Positions 25,331 through 39,345 of a stretch of 64,000 bases of DNA are shown piece by piece. The notes below the pieces were generated by a model. The model ran no database searches. It had not been told where the DNA came from and saw only the letters and a list, made by a program, of their open reading frames with translations. Where the stretch lies: NCBI GenBank assembly GCA_951406725.2, contig OX597834.1, positions 20,460,001 to 20,524,000 of the forward strand, in the 5' to 3' direction. The DNA is from Octopus vulgaris. Its lineage: Eukaryota. Position 1 is the stretch's first letter; each line of letters starts with the position of its first letter. The position numbers and the translations under genes are program-made.

Positions 25331-26538
25331 ACTTGTGTGTGTGTATTTGTCTGTGTGTATGTTTGTATGTGGGTGTGTGCATGTGGCTTTGTATGTGGGT
25401 GGGTGTGTGTGCATTTGTTGTGTGTGTTTGTATGTCTGTGCGTGTGTGTGTATTTGTGTGTGTGTTTGTATGTCTGTGTGTGTGTTTGTATGTCTGTGCG
25501 TGTGTGTGTATTTGTGTGTTTGTATGTCTGTGTGTGTGTGTGTTTGAATGTCTGTGTGTGTGTTTTATGTGGGTGTGTGTGCACATCTACAAACTGTAGA
25601 TCCAACTCAAGAATGATTTCGAGTGCAGCTTATGTTTAAAAGAATACAAGCGGGGTTCAAAATTCACTGAATTTTGAGCCCACCCCCTGGTTCTCCTCTT
25701 ACGTGTGTGTGCATGCATGTGTGTGTGTGTGTGTGCATGTGTCAGCTAAGAGCATTGACGGGGAGTGGTGGTTAATATGGAGTGAAGAAGTCAAGGTTAA
25801 TATTTGTAGATTATTTCCAGTGATTGTCCTTCCTCTTGTTGTTGCTGTTGTTTTCTGGCTTTGTTATTGTTTTTGTTATTGCTTTGTTTTTGCTTTGTTT
25901 TTGTTGGTATTATCTTTCCGACTTGGCTTTTGCGTATTCTGTTTGTTATTTGCTCGGTCTGTGTGTATGTGTATACGTACATGCATGTGTCCATGTCTAT
26001 GTGTTTGTATCACTCTATGTATATATGTATTCTTGTGTATGTGTGTATGTGTGTATGCATGTGTGTGTGTTTGTATATGTATGTGTGTGTTTGTGTGTGA
26101 AGGATGTCCATGGATGGTGGCAGTATTTTTTCCCCCTTTTTCCACAATTCCTCCTCCCCTCCCATCGAATATAAATAACGTGCCTTTTGATCAGTTGCTG
26201 TGAATAATCTACAGCTAAGTGGTCGTCTTGTGTGTGTCAGTGTGTCCGAGTGTGTGTGTGCTCTGTGTGTGTGTGTGTGTGTGCATGTGGGAGCATGTGT
26301 GTATGTGGGGGGAAGGCTCTGTGTTTGTATCTGTCTGTGGCTCAGTGTATGTGTCTGTGTGTGTGCATGTGACAGCATGTGTGTGTGTGTGTGTGTGAGT
26401 AACTATATGCAGCTCTGTGTGTGCATGTGTCAGCATACAGGTGTGTGTGTGTGTATGTTTGCATGTGTGTGTATCTGTGTGTAGCTATGTGTGTGCATGT
26501 GTCTTTGTATGTGTGCACGTGTGTATATGCATGTGGCA

Positions 26539-27018
26539 GCATGTGTGTGTCTGTGTGGCTGTGTGTGTGTGCATGTGTGTGTCTGTGTGGCTGTGTGTGT
26601 GCATGTGTGTGTCTGTGTGGCTGTGTGTGTGCATGTGTGTGTCTGTGTGGCTGTGTGTGCGCATGTGTGTGTCTGTGTGGCTGTGTGTGCGCATGTGTGT
26701 GTCTGTGTGGCTGTGTGTGCGCATGTGTGTGTCTGTGTGGCTGTGTGTGTGCATGTGTGTGTCTGTGTGGCTGTGTGTGCGCATGTGTGTGTCTGTGTGG
26801 CTGTGTGTGCGCATGTGTGTGTCTGTGTGGCTGTGTGTGCGCATGTGTGTGTCTGTGTGGCTGTGTGTGTGCATGTGTGTGTCTGTGTGGCTGTGTGTGC
26901 GCATGTGTGTGTCTGTGTGGCTGTGTGTGCGCATGTGTGTGTCTGTGTGGCTGTGTGTGCGCATGTGTGTGTCTGTGTGGCTGTGTGTGCGCATGTGTGT
27001 GTCTGTGTGGCTGTGTGT
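26539..27018. repeat. 30-bp minisatellite GCATGTGTGTGTCTGTGTGGCTGTGTGTG(C/T), about 16 copies
   Basis: Exact 30-bp periodicity with one variable C/T position. Confidence 0.97.
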
Positions 27019-27979
27019 GAGTAACTATATGTGGCTCTGCATGTGCATATGTGTGTGTATATGTGTATGTGTACCTGCATGGATGTATGTGTGTGTTTGC
27101 ATGTGGCAGCATGTGTGTGAGTGTGTGTGTGAGTGTGTGTGTATGGCTCTGTATGTGGCTGTGTGTGTTCCTCAACTGTTGAAGTCAATGTAATGGTCCA
27201 AGAGATCAGGGCAGCCATCTTGATGGGGGGGATAACTACCCTGCCAACACCACCACCATCACCGTCATCATTTTCTCTCTCCCTGCCACCCCACAATCTT
27301 TTTCCCTCTCTCTCTCTCTCATTTTCCCTCTCTCTCACTTACTCTGTCACCCTCTTGTTGTGTGCTGTGTTACTTTTCAAGGCATTACTTACACACCAGT
27401 GGCAATAAGGAAGGAGAAAGATGCTGAGTGGTGGTGGTGGTGGTGGTGGTGGTGGAAGATGAGAGGAAGATAAAGTAAGAGAGGGGGAGGGCTAGAGAGA
27501 TGGGGAGAGGAAAGGGAGGAGAAATATGTAGAGAGGGTAAGAAGTACAAAGGAAACAGTTTTGAGAGAGAGAGAAAACAATGGCTCCAGTTTGTTTGAGT
27601 GTTTAGTTGTGTGTGTGTGTGTGTGTGTGTGCATGTGCGTGTGTGTGTGCATGTGCGTGTATTTGTGTATGCATATTCATGTATGTGTGTGTGTATCTGT
27701 GAGTGTGTGTTTGAGGAAATCAATACATTGTGCATGTTTGTATGGGTGTGTGTGTTTGTGTGTGTGTGTGTGTTCTTGTTTACAATTACAGACACATACA
27801 TAGACGTACACACATAACTACATAAAAATACACACACGTATGCATATGCTTGTGTGTGTGATGTATGTCTGTGTATATACACACAATGTATATGTATAAA
27901 TCTATGAACATATATGTGTGTGTGTATATATGCGTATATGCATGAGTGTATGTGTGGAGTATGTGTGCATGCACTGACG

Positions 27980-28362
27980 TAGCTACATGGTAAGATGTTT
28001 GCTTCCCAACCACATGGTTCCGGGTTCAGTCTCACTGCGTGGCACCTTGGACAAGTGTCTTCTACTATAGTCCCAGGGCAACCAAAGCCTTGTGAGTGGA
28101 TTTGGCAGATGGAAACTGAAAGAAGCCCATCATATACATATATATGAGGTGCATGGGTCTTTGTGCCTGTGTTTGTTTCCCAACACTACTTGACAACCTA
28201 TGTTGGTGTGTTTATGTCCCTGTAACTTAGCTGTTTGACATAAACCAATAGAATAAATACCAGGCTTCAAAATAAGTCCTGGGGTCAATTAGTACAAATA
28301 AAATTCCGCAAGGCAGTGCTCCAACATGGTCACAGTCTGATGACAGAAACAACTAAAAGAAT
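27980..28362 (+). mobile_element. SINE family A, full length, diverged
   Basis: Family motifs. Confidence 0.85.
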
Positions 28363-29019
28363 ATACATGTGTGTGTGAATTTATGTATATTTGTATATGC
28401 ACAGTGATGTGCGTGTTATTGACCAGGCTATCATTTGTTACACATCGCTGGTCACAATGTGCTTTGCATCATTTTAGCTTTTGAAGGATGCCACCTCACT
28501 GGCTTGGTGAGTAGACCAGAATTGCCCCTGAGCAGAAGGGCTTTTTTTGTTGCAGTGTGGCACATTTACAGCCTAGTAGACTGGAGCAGCATGAAATGAA
28601 GTGTTTCGGTCAAGAACACGTTGCACTGCCTGGTCTGGGAATCGAACCTACAATCTAGTAATTGGGAGTGCAACACCCTAATGACTTAGCCATACACTTT
28701 CACACACATACATGTGTGTGTATGCATGTTTGTTTGGGTGTGTTTGTGTTTGGTTGTTGTTCACATGGAAATATCCACGTCTGTCTCTGGCTTTGTTATC
28801 AGGAATCGACCAAAACTCTTGAAGGAATCACACTAGATTTATCTGTCTGCAAAGAAATTCTGTTATTCATATTATACAGATTTTTGTTTTTATCCATTTT
28901 ACTTTTATTGTGTTAGCTCTTGTTTTTTATTTTATTTTTGTTATCTTGTTGTTCCTGTTTATCTATTTTTTATATGTATTGGAATTTTATTTAGTTTGTT
29001 TTTTTATTCTTTAATAAAT

Positions 29020-29392
29020 AGGCACAGGCGTGGCTGTGTGGTAAGAACTTTGCTTCCAAACCATAGAGTTCCAGGTTCAGTCCCACCACATGGCACCTTG
29101 GGCAAGTGTCTTCTACTATAGCCTCAGACCAACCAAAGCCTTGTGAGTGGATTTAGTAGATGGAAACTGTAAGAAGCCCGTCATATATGTGTGCAGAATC
29201 GTTAACACACCAGGTGAAATGTGAAGTGATATTTCATCTACCACTACGTTTTGAGTTCAAATTTCACCGAGGTCAACTTTGCCATTCATCCTTTCAGGGT
29301 TGTTAAACTAAGTACCAGTGAAACACTGGGGGTCGATGATATTGACTTCCCCCTCCCCGCAAATTTCAGGCCTTGTGCCTATAGTAGAAAGA
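29020..29392 (+). mobile_element. SINE A 5' half (29020-29185) followed by SINE B (29195-29392)
   Basis: Family motifs. Confidence 0.8.
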
Positions 29393-29559
29393 ATTATTAC
29401 TATTATTATTATTATTATTATTGTGTATAGAAATAATCTATCATTTTTTTCCTTCTTCTTATTACAATCATCTGTGACTGACAAGACTTGGCAAATAAAG
29501 TGGGTTCACAGCTGGAACCTACACCAGTGTCGCATAGCCAGCCAACTCAAAAGTAGCCT

Positions 29560-30225
29560 TGGATCGTAGGGTGAAATGCCATGCTTGAGGAGACCTATTG
29601 AGTCAAGTACATCAAAATCAAATCAAATCAAATCACAATCAAATGGAAATTGTAGTTGTGGTCCCCATACCGGTGGCACATAAAAAGCACCATCCAAACG
29701 TGGTTGATGCCAGCCCCCTTGCCCTGACTAGCTTCTGTGCCAGTGGCATGTAAAAAGCACCATCCAAATGTGGCTGATGCCAGTACTGCATTGACTGGCT
29801 CCAATGTCAGTGGCACATAAAAAGCACCATCCGAATGTGGTCGATGCCAGCCCGCTTGCCCCAACTAGTTTCTGTGCCAGTGTCATGTAAAAAGCACCAT
29901 CCGAATGTGGCTGATGCCAGCACTGCATTGACTGGCTCCCATGTCAGTGGCACATTAAAAGCACCATCCGAATGTGGTCGATGCCAGCCCCCTCTGGCCC
30001 CTGTGCCAGTGGCATGTAAAAAGCACCTACTACACTCTCAGAGTGGTTGGCGTTAGGAAGGGCATCCAGCTGTAGAAACACTGCCAGATGACACTGGAGT
30101 CTAGTGCAGCCTCCTGGCTTTCCAGACCCCAGTCAAAACGTCCAATCAATGCCAGCATGGAAAACGGACAATAAACAAGGACGAAAGTGGCGATGATGAT
30201 GATGATTATCATCATCATCATCATC
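29560..30225 (+). mobile_element. RTE LINE 3' UTR fragment with 6-unit hairpin repeat array
   Basis: Homologous to the reverse complement of 57749-58185; AAAAGCACC units near 29681, 29751, 29818, 29888, 29955 and 30017; (GAT)n tail. Confidence 0.9.
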
Positions 30226-30649
30226 TGCATCACCACTTTCATCCTTCTTTTCTTTCATTAAATCTTGTCACATCTCTTCAGTATATGAACTGTATTCCAA
30301 TAGAATAGAAGAAATTGTTTAATTCATTGCATTGAGAAGAAATCTACCCCCTGCAGGCAAGGCACTATATATTTCTCACACGAAATATGGGTTAAGAATT
30401 AGCATCAGAGAGTAGATAGAATTCGGTTTTGCCAAAAAATATCTTCATCGGTTCTTATTGTGGCCTTTCATTTTTATTTTTACTTAATTCCTCGTTAAGT
30501 TAATGTCGAGAATTAGGAAGGAAATTTTTCAATAATAATAATGATAATATTGAAATATACATTGAAAAAAGGTGTTTTTTTTCTATATAAAAAACATTCT
30601 GTGCATGTGTGAGTGTGTATACATAAACATATATGTGTGTGTGCATGTG

Positions 30650-30741
<92 letters not shown>

Positions 30742-31031
30742 GAGGGAGAGAGATTAATAGTTATGTATATATTGATAGATAAATAGATGAATGACTGTTT
30801 TAGACATTTTAACACACACACACACACACACAACATATACATACATCATCATCATCATCATCATCATGCATACATACATACATATATATGTGTGTGTGTG
30901 TGTGTATGTAATATATGCATATAGATAGATATATATAATATATGTATATATATGTATGTATTCAAAAATATATGTATTGAATTTATATTTTCCAATACAT
31001 TGTTATTGATTTCCTAACTTGCCAGAATAGT

Positions 31032-31067
<36 letters not shown>

Positions 31068-31326
31068 TCCTTCTTTCTTTCTTTCCTTCTTTCTTTCACC
31101 CTCTCTTTCTCTCACTCTCTCGCTCACTCTCTCTCCCTTTACTCCTTTAGATAGCTATTATCTTTAAGTTCCAAAGAATTCTATGGACACCTTGACAATA
31201 TTGACAGTAAGTAGATTATAAAGAAGAAATTACAGCGACAAAGCCACAAAACATTCATCTTTGAAATGGATTTATGAGGGCACACACGTACATATGTGTG
31301 TGTGTGTATATATATGTATATATATG

Positions 31327-31357
<31 letters not shown>

Positions 31358-31380
31358 GTATATATATACATATTTATATT

Positions 31381-31411
<31 letters not shown>

Positions 31412-31412
31412 T

Positions 31413-31451
<39 letters not shown>

Positions 31452-32174
31452 ACACATACATGTATGTATGTATGAATGTATGTATGTATATATATACACA
31501 GACACACACATGCGTTTGTGTGTGTGTTATATGGTAAGTCATTATAAGTTTCTGAAGTTTCATTATTGAATTAATGGTCAGTCAACGAATGGGAAAGAAA
31601 GAATTGTAGAGAGAAGACAGACAGAAAGAGAGAGAGAGAAAGAAAGAAAGTGGGGGTTACATTTTACTTGGGTACATACTTACATACAAGACTACCCTAA
31701 TAATGCTCAAACACATACATACACACACGAAAAGAACAAATGAGGAGAAAAAATTGAGGAAAAAAATGAGAAACTATTGTAGAATTAAGATATATCTACA
31801 CACACACACACATATACATATATAAATATAAACACACACACACATATATATATATAAACACTCTCCAATTTAGCATTAACATATCCTAGTGCTTTAGGCA
31901 TAAATCTTTACAATGGCGCTAAGTTCATCTTTTCATCCATTGCTTATAAAATTGTAGATAGAATTTAGATGAAGAAGGTTAAATTGATCATTAAATCAAT
32001 TGAAAATGTTATAGTCTGTGGCCCACATTGAAGTGCTTCTTTCATCATATGTACACCCACTCAGAGACACACATATGAGTCTATGTACATTGTGTGTGGG
32101 TGCATGGCATATGTGTAGCAAAAGATATGAATTGGCTTTATTTTTCATGTTTATATATTTATATATATATGTGA

Positions 32175-32600
32175 GGTGTGGGTGTGGCTGTGTGGTAAGA
32201 AGCTTGCTTACCAACCACATGGTCCTGGGTTCAGTCCCACTGTGTCGCACCTTATGCAAGTGTCTTCTATTATATCCTCTTGCTGACCAAAGCCTTGTAT
32301 GTGGATTTGGTAGATGGAAACTCTGTGTGTGTGTGTGTTTATTTCCCCCACCATCACTTGACAACCGATGTTGGTGTGTTCACGTCCCTATAACTTAGCA
32401 GTTCAGCAAAAGAGATTGATAGAATAATTATATATTATAGGTGTAAGCATGGCTGTGTGGTAAAAAGCTTGCTTCTCAACCACAGGGTCCTGAGTTCCAT
32501 TCCACTATGTAGTACCTTGGCAAGTGTCTTCTTCCATAGCCTTGGGCTGGCCAAAGCCTTGTGAGTGGATTTGGTAAATAGAAACTGAAAGAATCCCGTC

Positions 32601-32637
<37 letters not shown>

Positions 32638-32680
32638 TATATGTATGTATATACTTATGTGTGTGTCTTTGTGTCTGAGT
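32175..32680 (+). mobile_element. Two tandem SINE family A copies
   Basis: Heads at about 32175 and 32439. Confidence 0.85.
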
Positions 32681-33155
32681 GTTTGGCAAGAAGGTGAATC
32701 CTGCTGCCACACATATGGTGAGTTCCAGCAGCAATCTTCTCCAGCCAAGGTTTGACCAGTCTCCAGTAACTTCTCACAATGGTCTGAATGGGACTAAGTT
32801 CTTGCTCATAGCTACAGCTTTTTCAGTCTCCAGTGCAGCTATCGATGCCACATCTTACATCTTTACCGTGTTCACAGAGCGTTGAGTAACAGTTACAATG
32901 TCTGCATATTGATACCTGGTGCAAATCATCGTGACACAGGTAACTCTTTTCCAATATTCAGATGGCTTCCAGTGCTCCATGCCAACTAACTTCTTCTCAA
33001 CCACAACTTTTGTCCTCATGCTCTCCAATGCTGTTAACTGTTCACCAAAACATCAAGCTCTTCCTGAAAGAGGGAGGCATAAAGTTCATTGAATTTCTCC
33101 TGGACATCCTATTGATGTATGCATATGTGTGTGTGTTTTACTATCTCTTTGGTCT

Positions 33156-33387
33156 TATTTCCTTATTGCCCACAAGGAGCTAAACATAGAGGGGACAAAC
33201 AAGGACAGACAAAGGGATTAAGTCGATTACATCGATCTCCAGTGCGTAACTGGTACTTAATTTATCGACCCCGAAAGGATGAAAGGCAAAGTCAACCTCG
33301 GCGGAATTTGAACTCAGAACGTAGCGGCAGACGAAATACTGCTAAGCATTTCGCCCGGTGTGCTAACATTTCTGCCAGCTCGCCACC
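33156..33387 (-). mobile_element. SINE family B, full length
   Basis: Reverse complement of 22480-22704. Confidence 0.92.
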
Positions 33388-33694
33388 TTAACTTTGGTCT
33401 TGTCATCACATGATAGTTGTAAATGAGTTTCACCATCATGCAAGCAGTGTCCTTCATTTCCAATCTTTCATGAAAACATGTCTGGCCATGGGGAAACATT
33501 ACTTGGAAACATGTGAGGGCTGGTAACGGGAATGGTATCTAACCATGAGAAATCTACCACAACAAACTCTGTCCAACCCATGAAAGCATTAAAACATGGA
33601 ACTTAAATTGATGATGGTGTTGGTATGGTGTTTCATCAGTATAATCAGTGTTTTCTACCTGTGTTTTCATGCTGCCATAGGTTAAATTAACCTC

Positions 33695-33899
33695 ACTGGT
33701 TCTCACCACTTATCTTGCTCCCTCATTGCATGCAACAGAAAAACAGAAAAATATACAGTTTAATTCATAAACCAATACCGTAACCAGGAACTTTGCATCC
33801 CTAGTAAAACGGCATCTACAACCTACACAAGAATATAACAAACTTTTCGACTGTGATAACATTAAGATCAGTTATACATGTCTGGATAAATGTGTATAG
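33695..33899 (+). pseudogene. Penelope-like element ORF remnant (RT C-terminus/linker before GIY-YIG)
   Basis: 33771-33899 translates TNTVTRNFASLVKRHLQPTQEYNKLFDCDNIKISYTCLDK, with WFSP upstream; resembles the PLE motif WFNPP...F..L..KHF......KIFN.NN.K.SYSC. Confidence 0.55.
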
Positions 33900-34685
33900 C
33901 ATGAACTATTGGGCTTATGATTGTTAAGTTCGTGGTTATGTATTACAGTCTCAGTCCAGTCTACCTGGCTAAAATTGAGTATCAGCAACAGATGAGGTTA
34001 ACCCTGCAACAAACTGGCCCTTTATTCTGTGTGGAGCTTTGCACTCTTTGACCTCTAAGTGCCTTTGAAATCCATACAAAGTTTGATCTCATGAACCAGC
34101 AACAGAGTGAAAAATAGAAATATTTTTGTCTAGATATCATTGCTTCCCAGATCTCATGCCTCAATTTAAAGCATACACCAGCATCTTTTGTCTGCTTTGA
34201 ACTTTCATACAACTGTAAAAATAAATATTTTATTACGTTTCTGTCTTCCATAAAGTTCCACAATTTTCTAGTTTCCGCAGCATTTCATACAATTTCCTCC
34301 CTCTTTATCTTATTTTCTTTGACATCTTCCAATCTCTATAGATATTTCGCCTCCTCTTCGTATGCTAAAAACATCTGTATGTGAAAAACTTAAGAAGGAG
34401 ATATGGAGGATGAAAAAAAACTGAAGAAAAAGCAATACGAAAAACACACAGGAATATAATACAAAACAAAGAAATATTTCATTCTGTTGACCATATTGAT
34501 TTCCAAAGCTATCACCAACTTTAACCTACGATTCTATACAAGTTATCTGTTTATTTTGTCGACATTATTCTACACATGTTCAACAGAATAATCCAAGCTT
34601 CCCTGCATAGTCATCATTTATTAGGTGGAATCCACTCGACAAGCTGTTTGCCCTCTCACTCTCTGTCTCTCTCTCTCCCTCTCTC

Positions 34686-34732
<47 letters not shown>

Positions 34733-34873
34733 GTATTCATACTCTTTCTCTGCTGCTTTTTGCATCCTTTTTTCTTTCTATCATATTTTCTTTTCTGCTT
34801 ATTCTTTGGTCTCTTTTCTGTCACTGTCTCTCTCATATTTTACTATGGTTCTCCCTCTCTCTCTACATATACT

Positions 34874-34912
<39 letters not shown>

Positions 34913-35039
34913 CATATATACATACATACACACACGCATATATATATATATACATATATATACACCTACATACATACATATATAGATAGATAGATATATA
35001 CACACACACACACACACACACATATATGTATATATATAA

Positions 35040-35288
35040 GAATTTTTTTTGCATAATGAGATTAAAAAAACAAGGCTGTGTAGATATTAGAACATCTATA
35101 AATGCTCTAATATCTATACAGCCTCGGTTTTTTATCTCATTACACAAAAGAAATTCTTATATAGACACTCTGACATTGAACCCCTTATTCGCAAAATTAC
35201 CGAACCTGGAACTTAACTATGGTCTGTCTATAGCACTTATTCAGCATTACTTGACACCTTTAGGTCTCAATGACACCATTACCTCTTA
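35040..35288 (+). mobile_element. Fold-back element (family H4), inverted repeat 35040-35156
   Basis: 35098-35288 is the reverse complement of 63513-63705; its 5' part is inverted onto itself; (TA)n on both sides. Confidence 0.8.
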
Positions 35289-35429
35289 TATATATAGATA
35301 TATATATAATTATATATATGTATGTCTGTATATATATGCACACACATATAAGTGTGTGTGTATAAATATACGTAAATATGATCTGGTTCTCCATGGGTTA
35401 CAATGGTTTGTGTTCTGTTTGATTCAGTG

Positions 35430-35640
35430 AAAGGAACACCCTCTTCCTGAAATTAATGTGTAAGTAGCTGAGTATACCACAGACGTATGTACCCTTAACG
35501 TGGTTCTCAGAGAGATTCAGCGTGACATAGAATGTGACAAGACTGGTCCCCTCTGAATTAGAGGTACAACTAATTATTGCCAGCTGAGTGGACTTGAGCA
35601 GTGTGAAAATAAAGTCTCTTGCTCAAGGACACAATGCAAG
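35430..35640 (-). mobile_element. SINE family C fragment
   Basis: GCCAGCTGAGTGGAC...CTTGCTCAAGGACACAA; same family as 54650-54940 and 61980-62190. Confidence 0.75.
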
Positions 35641-36029
35641 AATAATATTGACAGTGACTTCAAAGTTTCAGCCAGCTAAGCCATCAGCGAACTGTCCATG
35701 CATATGTATTAAATATTGTGTGTGTATTTATAGATAGATAGAGAGATAGACAGGCAGACAGACAGACTGATAAATAGATAGACAGATAGAGATAGACAGA
35801 CAGATAGATAGATAGAGAGATAGAGATAAACAAATAGATAAACAGACAGGCAGACAGATAGATAGATAGACAGATAGTGACAGACAAACAGACAGATAGA
35901 TAGACAGAGAGAGAGAGAGAGAGAGACAGAGAGAGACAGACAGACATACATACAGACAGACAGATAGATAGATAGATAGATAGATAGATTGATAGATAGA
36001 TTCACAAACAGAAAGACAGATAGATAGAT

Positions 36030-36060
<31 letters not shown>

Positions 36061-36214
36061 TACACACACACACACTATTACTTTTGCCAATCATCTTTTA
36101 ATGCTTTCATTGTACTGCCGTTTCCAATATTTTTCCTGTTAATTAGTTTTAAAGAAATTCATTAAATTATATAGTAACTGCTTCTTCTTCGTCTTCGTCT
36201 TTCTTCTTCTTCTA

Positions 36215-36245
<31 letters not shown>

Positions 36246-38274
36246 TTCTTCTTCTTCTTCTTCTTCTTCTTCTCATTTATGTACATACATATATTTCCCC
36301 TGTTATCTCTGCTTGTTAATCAATCACTAAAACAGTCAATATTCCCTGCTTTGGACAGGTCATCATTTTAGCTGACCATTTTCCCTTATTACAGAATTGA
36401 TCTTTTTTCCATTCTATATTGTTTCCTTTCAGTACACACACACACACACACACACATACATACATATATATCCATGCATCTGTGTGTGTGTGCGCATATA
36501 AATGCTTCCAGGTTGGCGGCACGTTGGGCAAGCATCTTCTTTATGGCCCCAGGTTGTCCAAAACCTTGTGAATAAATTTGATAGATGGAAACTGAAAGAA
36601 GCCCATCATGTATGCATGTATGTATGTGTGTGTGTGTGTATGTATGTCATTATTCAGTTTTATTTCAAGATTTCTTGCCAATAGAGAAAGAGCCGGTTTC
36701 TGACCTAGATCTAATGCTCAGTCATTGGAATTTCAACATCAACAACAGGTTATTTTTGTTTGTATGTATGTAGGTATGTATGTATGTATGTTTCTATCTA
36801 TCTATGTATCTATGTATATGTGCAGATTTCTATGTTTTGTTTTATGTATGTATTCTCATGAATATACTTGCATATCTAGACACACTCATATACACTTAAA
36901 TGATAAACTTCTGAAAAGTTTTACAGATTTTTACAGTTCCTGTGATGGATTGGATTTGTATTCTTTGAATTAGCTTTCTCCTTTCTGGTTTGGAAAAGCC
37001 TAATCTCTCAAGACCAGCAATTTCAGGTGATGGGTCAAGTTGATCACATCACCCTGCCTGTGTGTGTTCAACTGGTGGTCGTTTTATTGACTCCTCCCCA
37101 CCCCACCCCAAAGGGATGGAGTTTAAATTCAGAATGTAAAGATAGACAAAATGCCACTGGGCTTGGAGTAAAATTGATCACATAAACATAACCTCACCAG
37201 TCTTCACCTGGAAGTCATTTTATTGACCCCAGCCCAGAAGGGATGAAAAGTAAAGTTGAACTTGAATGAATTTAAACTCAGGATGTAAAGATGGACAAAA
37301 CGCCACTGAGCATTTTTGCTCAGCTTGGTAAGGACTCCGCCAGCTCACTTCCTCTGGGATCAACATTTAAAATAATAATGAGTATATTTTATACACTGCT
37401 CAGGTGTGCTACAACTCATTAGAAAATGGTAAAAAAGAGACCAGAAAGCAGCATGGATTTTCATGGTAATTAAATTTTCCTTGGTTCCCTACCTTAACCA
37501 TTTGAAACCATGTTAAACCATGTTCAGGCAAAGAGCAGAATCAAAGAAAAAACGGTGTTGCTCTGTGTTAGAAGAATTTCATTCTTTAAAGTTCATAAAT
37601 AATAAAGAAATAAAATCAAGATTTTTGTCATTTTGCAAAGTTTGGCTTCTTAGCAACCCTGCAGGATTTTCCCATTACTTGAGAGCAAATTACTCCATTT
37701 TTATGGTTTTTCTAAGAATATTTCTTTTATCTTCAAATATTTCTCTAATTTGCTTCATGTGTTTGCAAAGACTTCCAAAGCTGTGTGCATCCTGGTTTTT
37801 TAAATATTGGTAGGCTGTATTCCTGCATGTTGGACGAGGGTAATTGGAAGCAGATTGGAAGAGAGCAGGGAAGGGCATCTGACCATGAAAGCACAGGATC
37901 AAAACGATCCATTTCAATCCTTGCCAGCAGAGCAAAAAGCAGAAATGGAATTAATCATGATGACGATGAGGTTGATATTGAGGATGATGATGACAATGAT
38001 GAGGAAGATGACAATCATGATGAGTTGGATGACATCGATGAGAACATGAGGATGATGATGATGATGAGGAGGAGGAGGAGGAGGAGGACGTCAACGACGA
38101 CGATGACGATGATGACAAGGAGAAAGATGATGGCTATGGCAATGATGGTGCGAAAGATGATGATGATAACGATGATAATGTAGATGATGATGATGGTGAT
38201 AGTCAATTATAGATTTGATTTTCCTTGTTGCAGCTTTCAAAAACAAACTAAATATGACAAAATGAAAAAGCAGA

Positions 38275-38660
38275 ACTGGTACTTAATTTATCAACACCAA
38301 AAGGATGAAAGACAAAGTCAACTTCGGTAAAATTTGAACTCAGAACGTAAACACTGACAAAATGCGGTTTAGCATTATGCCCAGCATGCTAATGTTTCTG
38401 CCTGCTTGCCACCTTAGATAATAATAATAACAATCTCTTTTACTCTAGGCACAAGGCCCGAAATTTTGGGGGAAGAAGCCAGTTGATTAGATCGCATCCC
38501 CCCTCACCCCAGTATGCAACTGGTACTTAATTTATCGATGCTGAAAGGATGAAACGCAAAGTCGACCTCAGCGAAATTTGAACAAAGAATGTAAAGACAG
38601 ATGAAATAGCACTAAGCATTTCACTCAGTATGCTAACATATCTGCCAGCTCGCCGCCTTA
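38275..38660 (-). mobile_element. Two SINE family B copies
   Basis: ACTGGTACTTAATTTATC...TCTGCCAGCTCGCC occurs twice. Confidence 0.85.
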
Positions 38661-38671
38661 GATAATAGTAC

Positions 38672-38704
<33 letters not shown>

Positions 38705-38712
38705 TACTAACA

Positions 38713-38761
<49 letters not shown>

Positions 38762-38796
38762 TAATAATAATAATGATAATAATAATAATACTAACA

Positions 38797-38846
<50 letters not shown>

Positions 38847-38944
38847 TATAATAATAATAATGCTAACAGAAATAATGATGATAATAATACTAACAGTAAT
38901 AATAATGATAATAATAATGATGATAATAATAATGATATATTATT

Positions 38945-39345
38945 ATCAGAGACCATGAAGAAAAAAAATGCTTTCTAATTGATGTATCAATACCGGCTGA
39001 TGACAACGTGTCTCTAAAAGAAATGGAGAAACTCTCAAAATACAAGGACCTGGAAATAGAGGTAACTAGAATGTGGAATCTGAAAACAGAAACAATTCCT
39101 ATCATAGTAGGTGCATTAGGCATGATAAAAAAATATTCAGACAAATACATAACAAAAACACCAGGACTTACAAACACATATAATATACAGAAAATTGCAC
39201 TACTAGGCACTGCACACATCCTACGCAGAACACTTTCCATACAATAACCATCAGAGCATCTCAACAAATCACAGCACATACCCAAGGCACATAGAGCTGC
39301 GCTCGGTAGTGAAGTGAAAGCACGCTATAAAAATAAAACTACTGA
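38945..39345 (+). mobile_element. R4/Dong-clade (RLE) non-LTR retrotransposon 3' end inserted in (TAA)n
   Basis: 38945-39247 translates ...KKCFLIDVSIPADDNVSLKEMEKLSKYKDLEIEVTRMW...IPIIVGALG...IQKIALLGTAHILRRTL*, the restriction-like endonuclease C-terminus; TAA arrays on both sides. Confidence 0.9.

Noticed and set aside
29665-30030. CRISPR-like repeat-spacer appearance
   Set aside because: Eukaryotic LINE 3' UTR, spacers recur in alternation, and there are no cas genes.
32690-33060. Possible old LINE RT fragment (YADI-like on the minus strand)
   Set aside because: A single weak motif with no consistent frame.
34200-34263. MEDRNVIKYLFLQ resembling a mariner transposase N-terminus
   Set aside because: The similarity is too short, and no TIR or DDD domain is visible.
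37785-38183. Acidic Asp/Glu-rich ORF
   Set aside because: Degenerate (GAT/GAG)n repeat; no other coding evidence.
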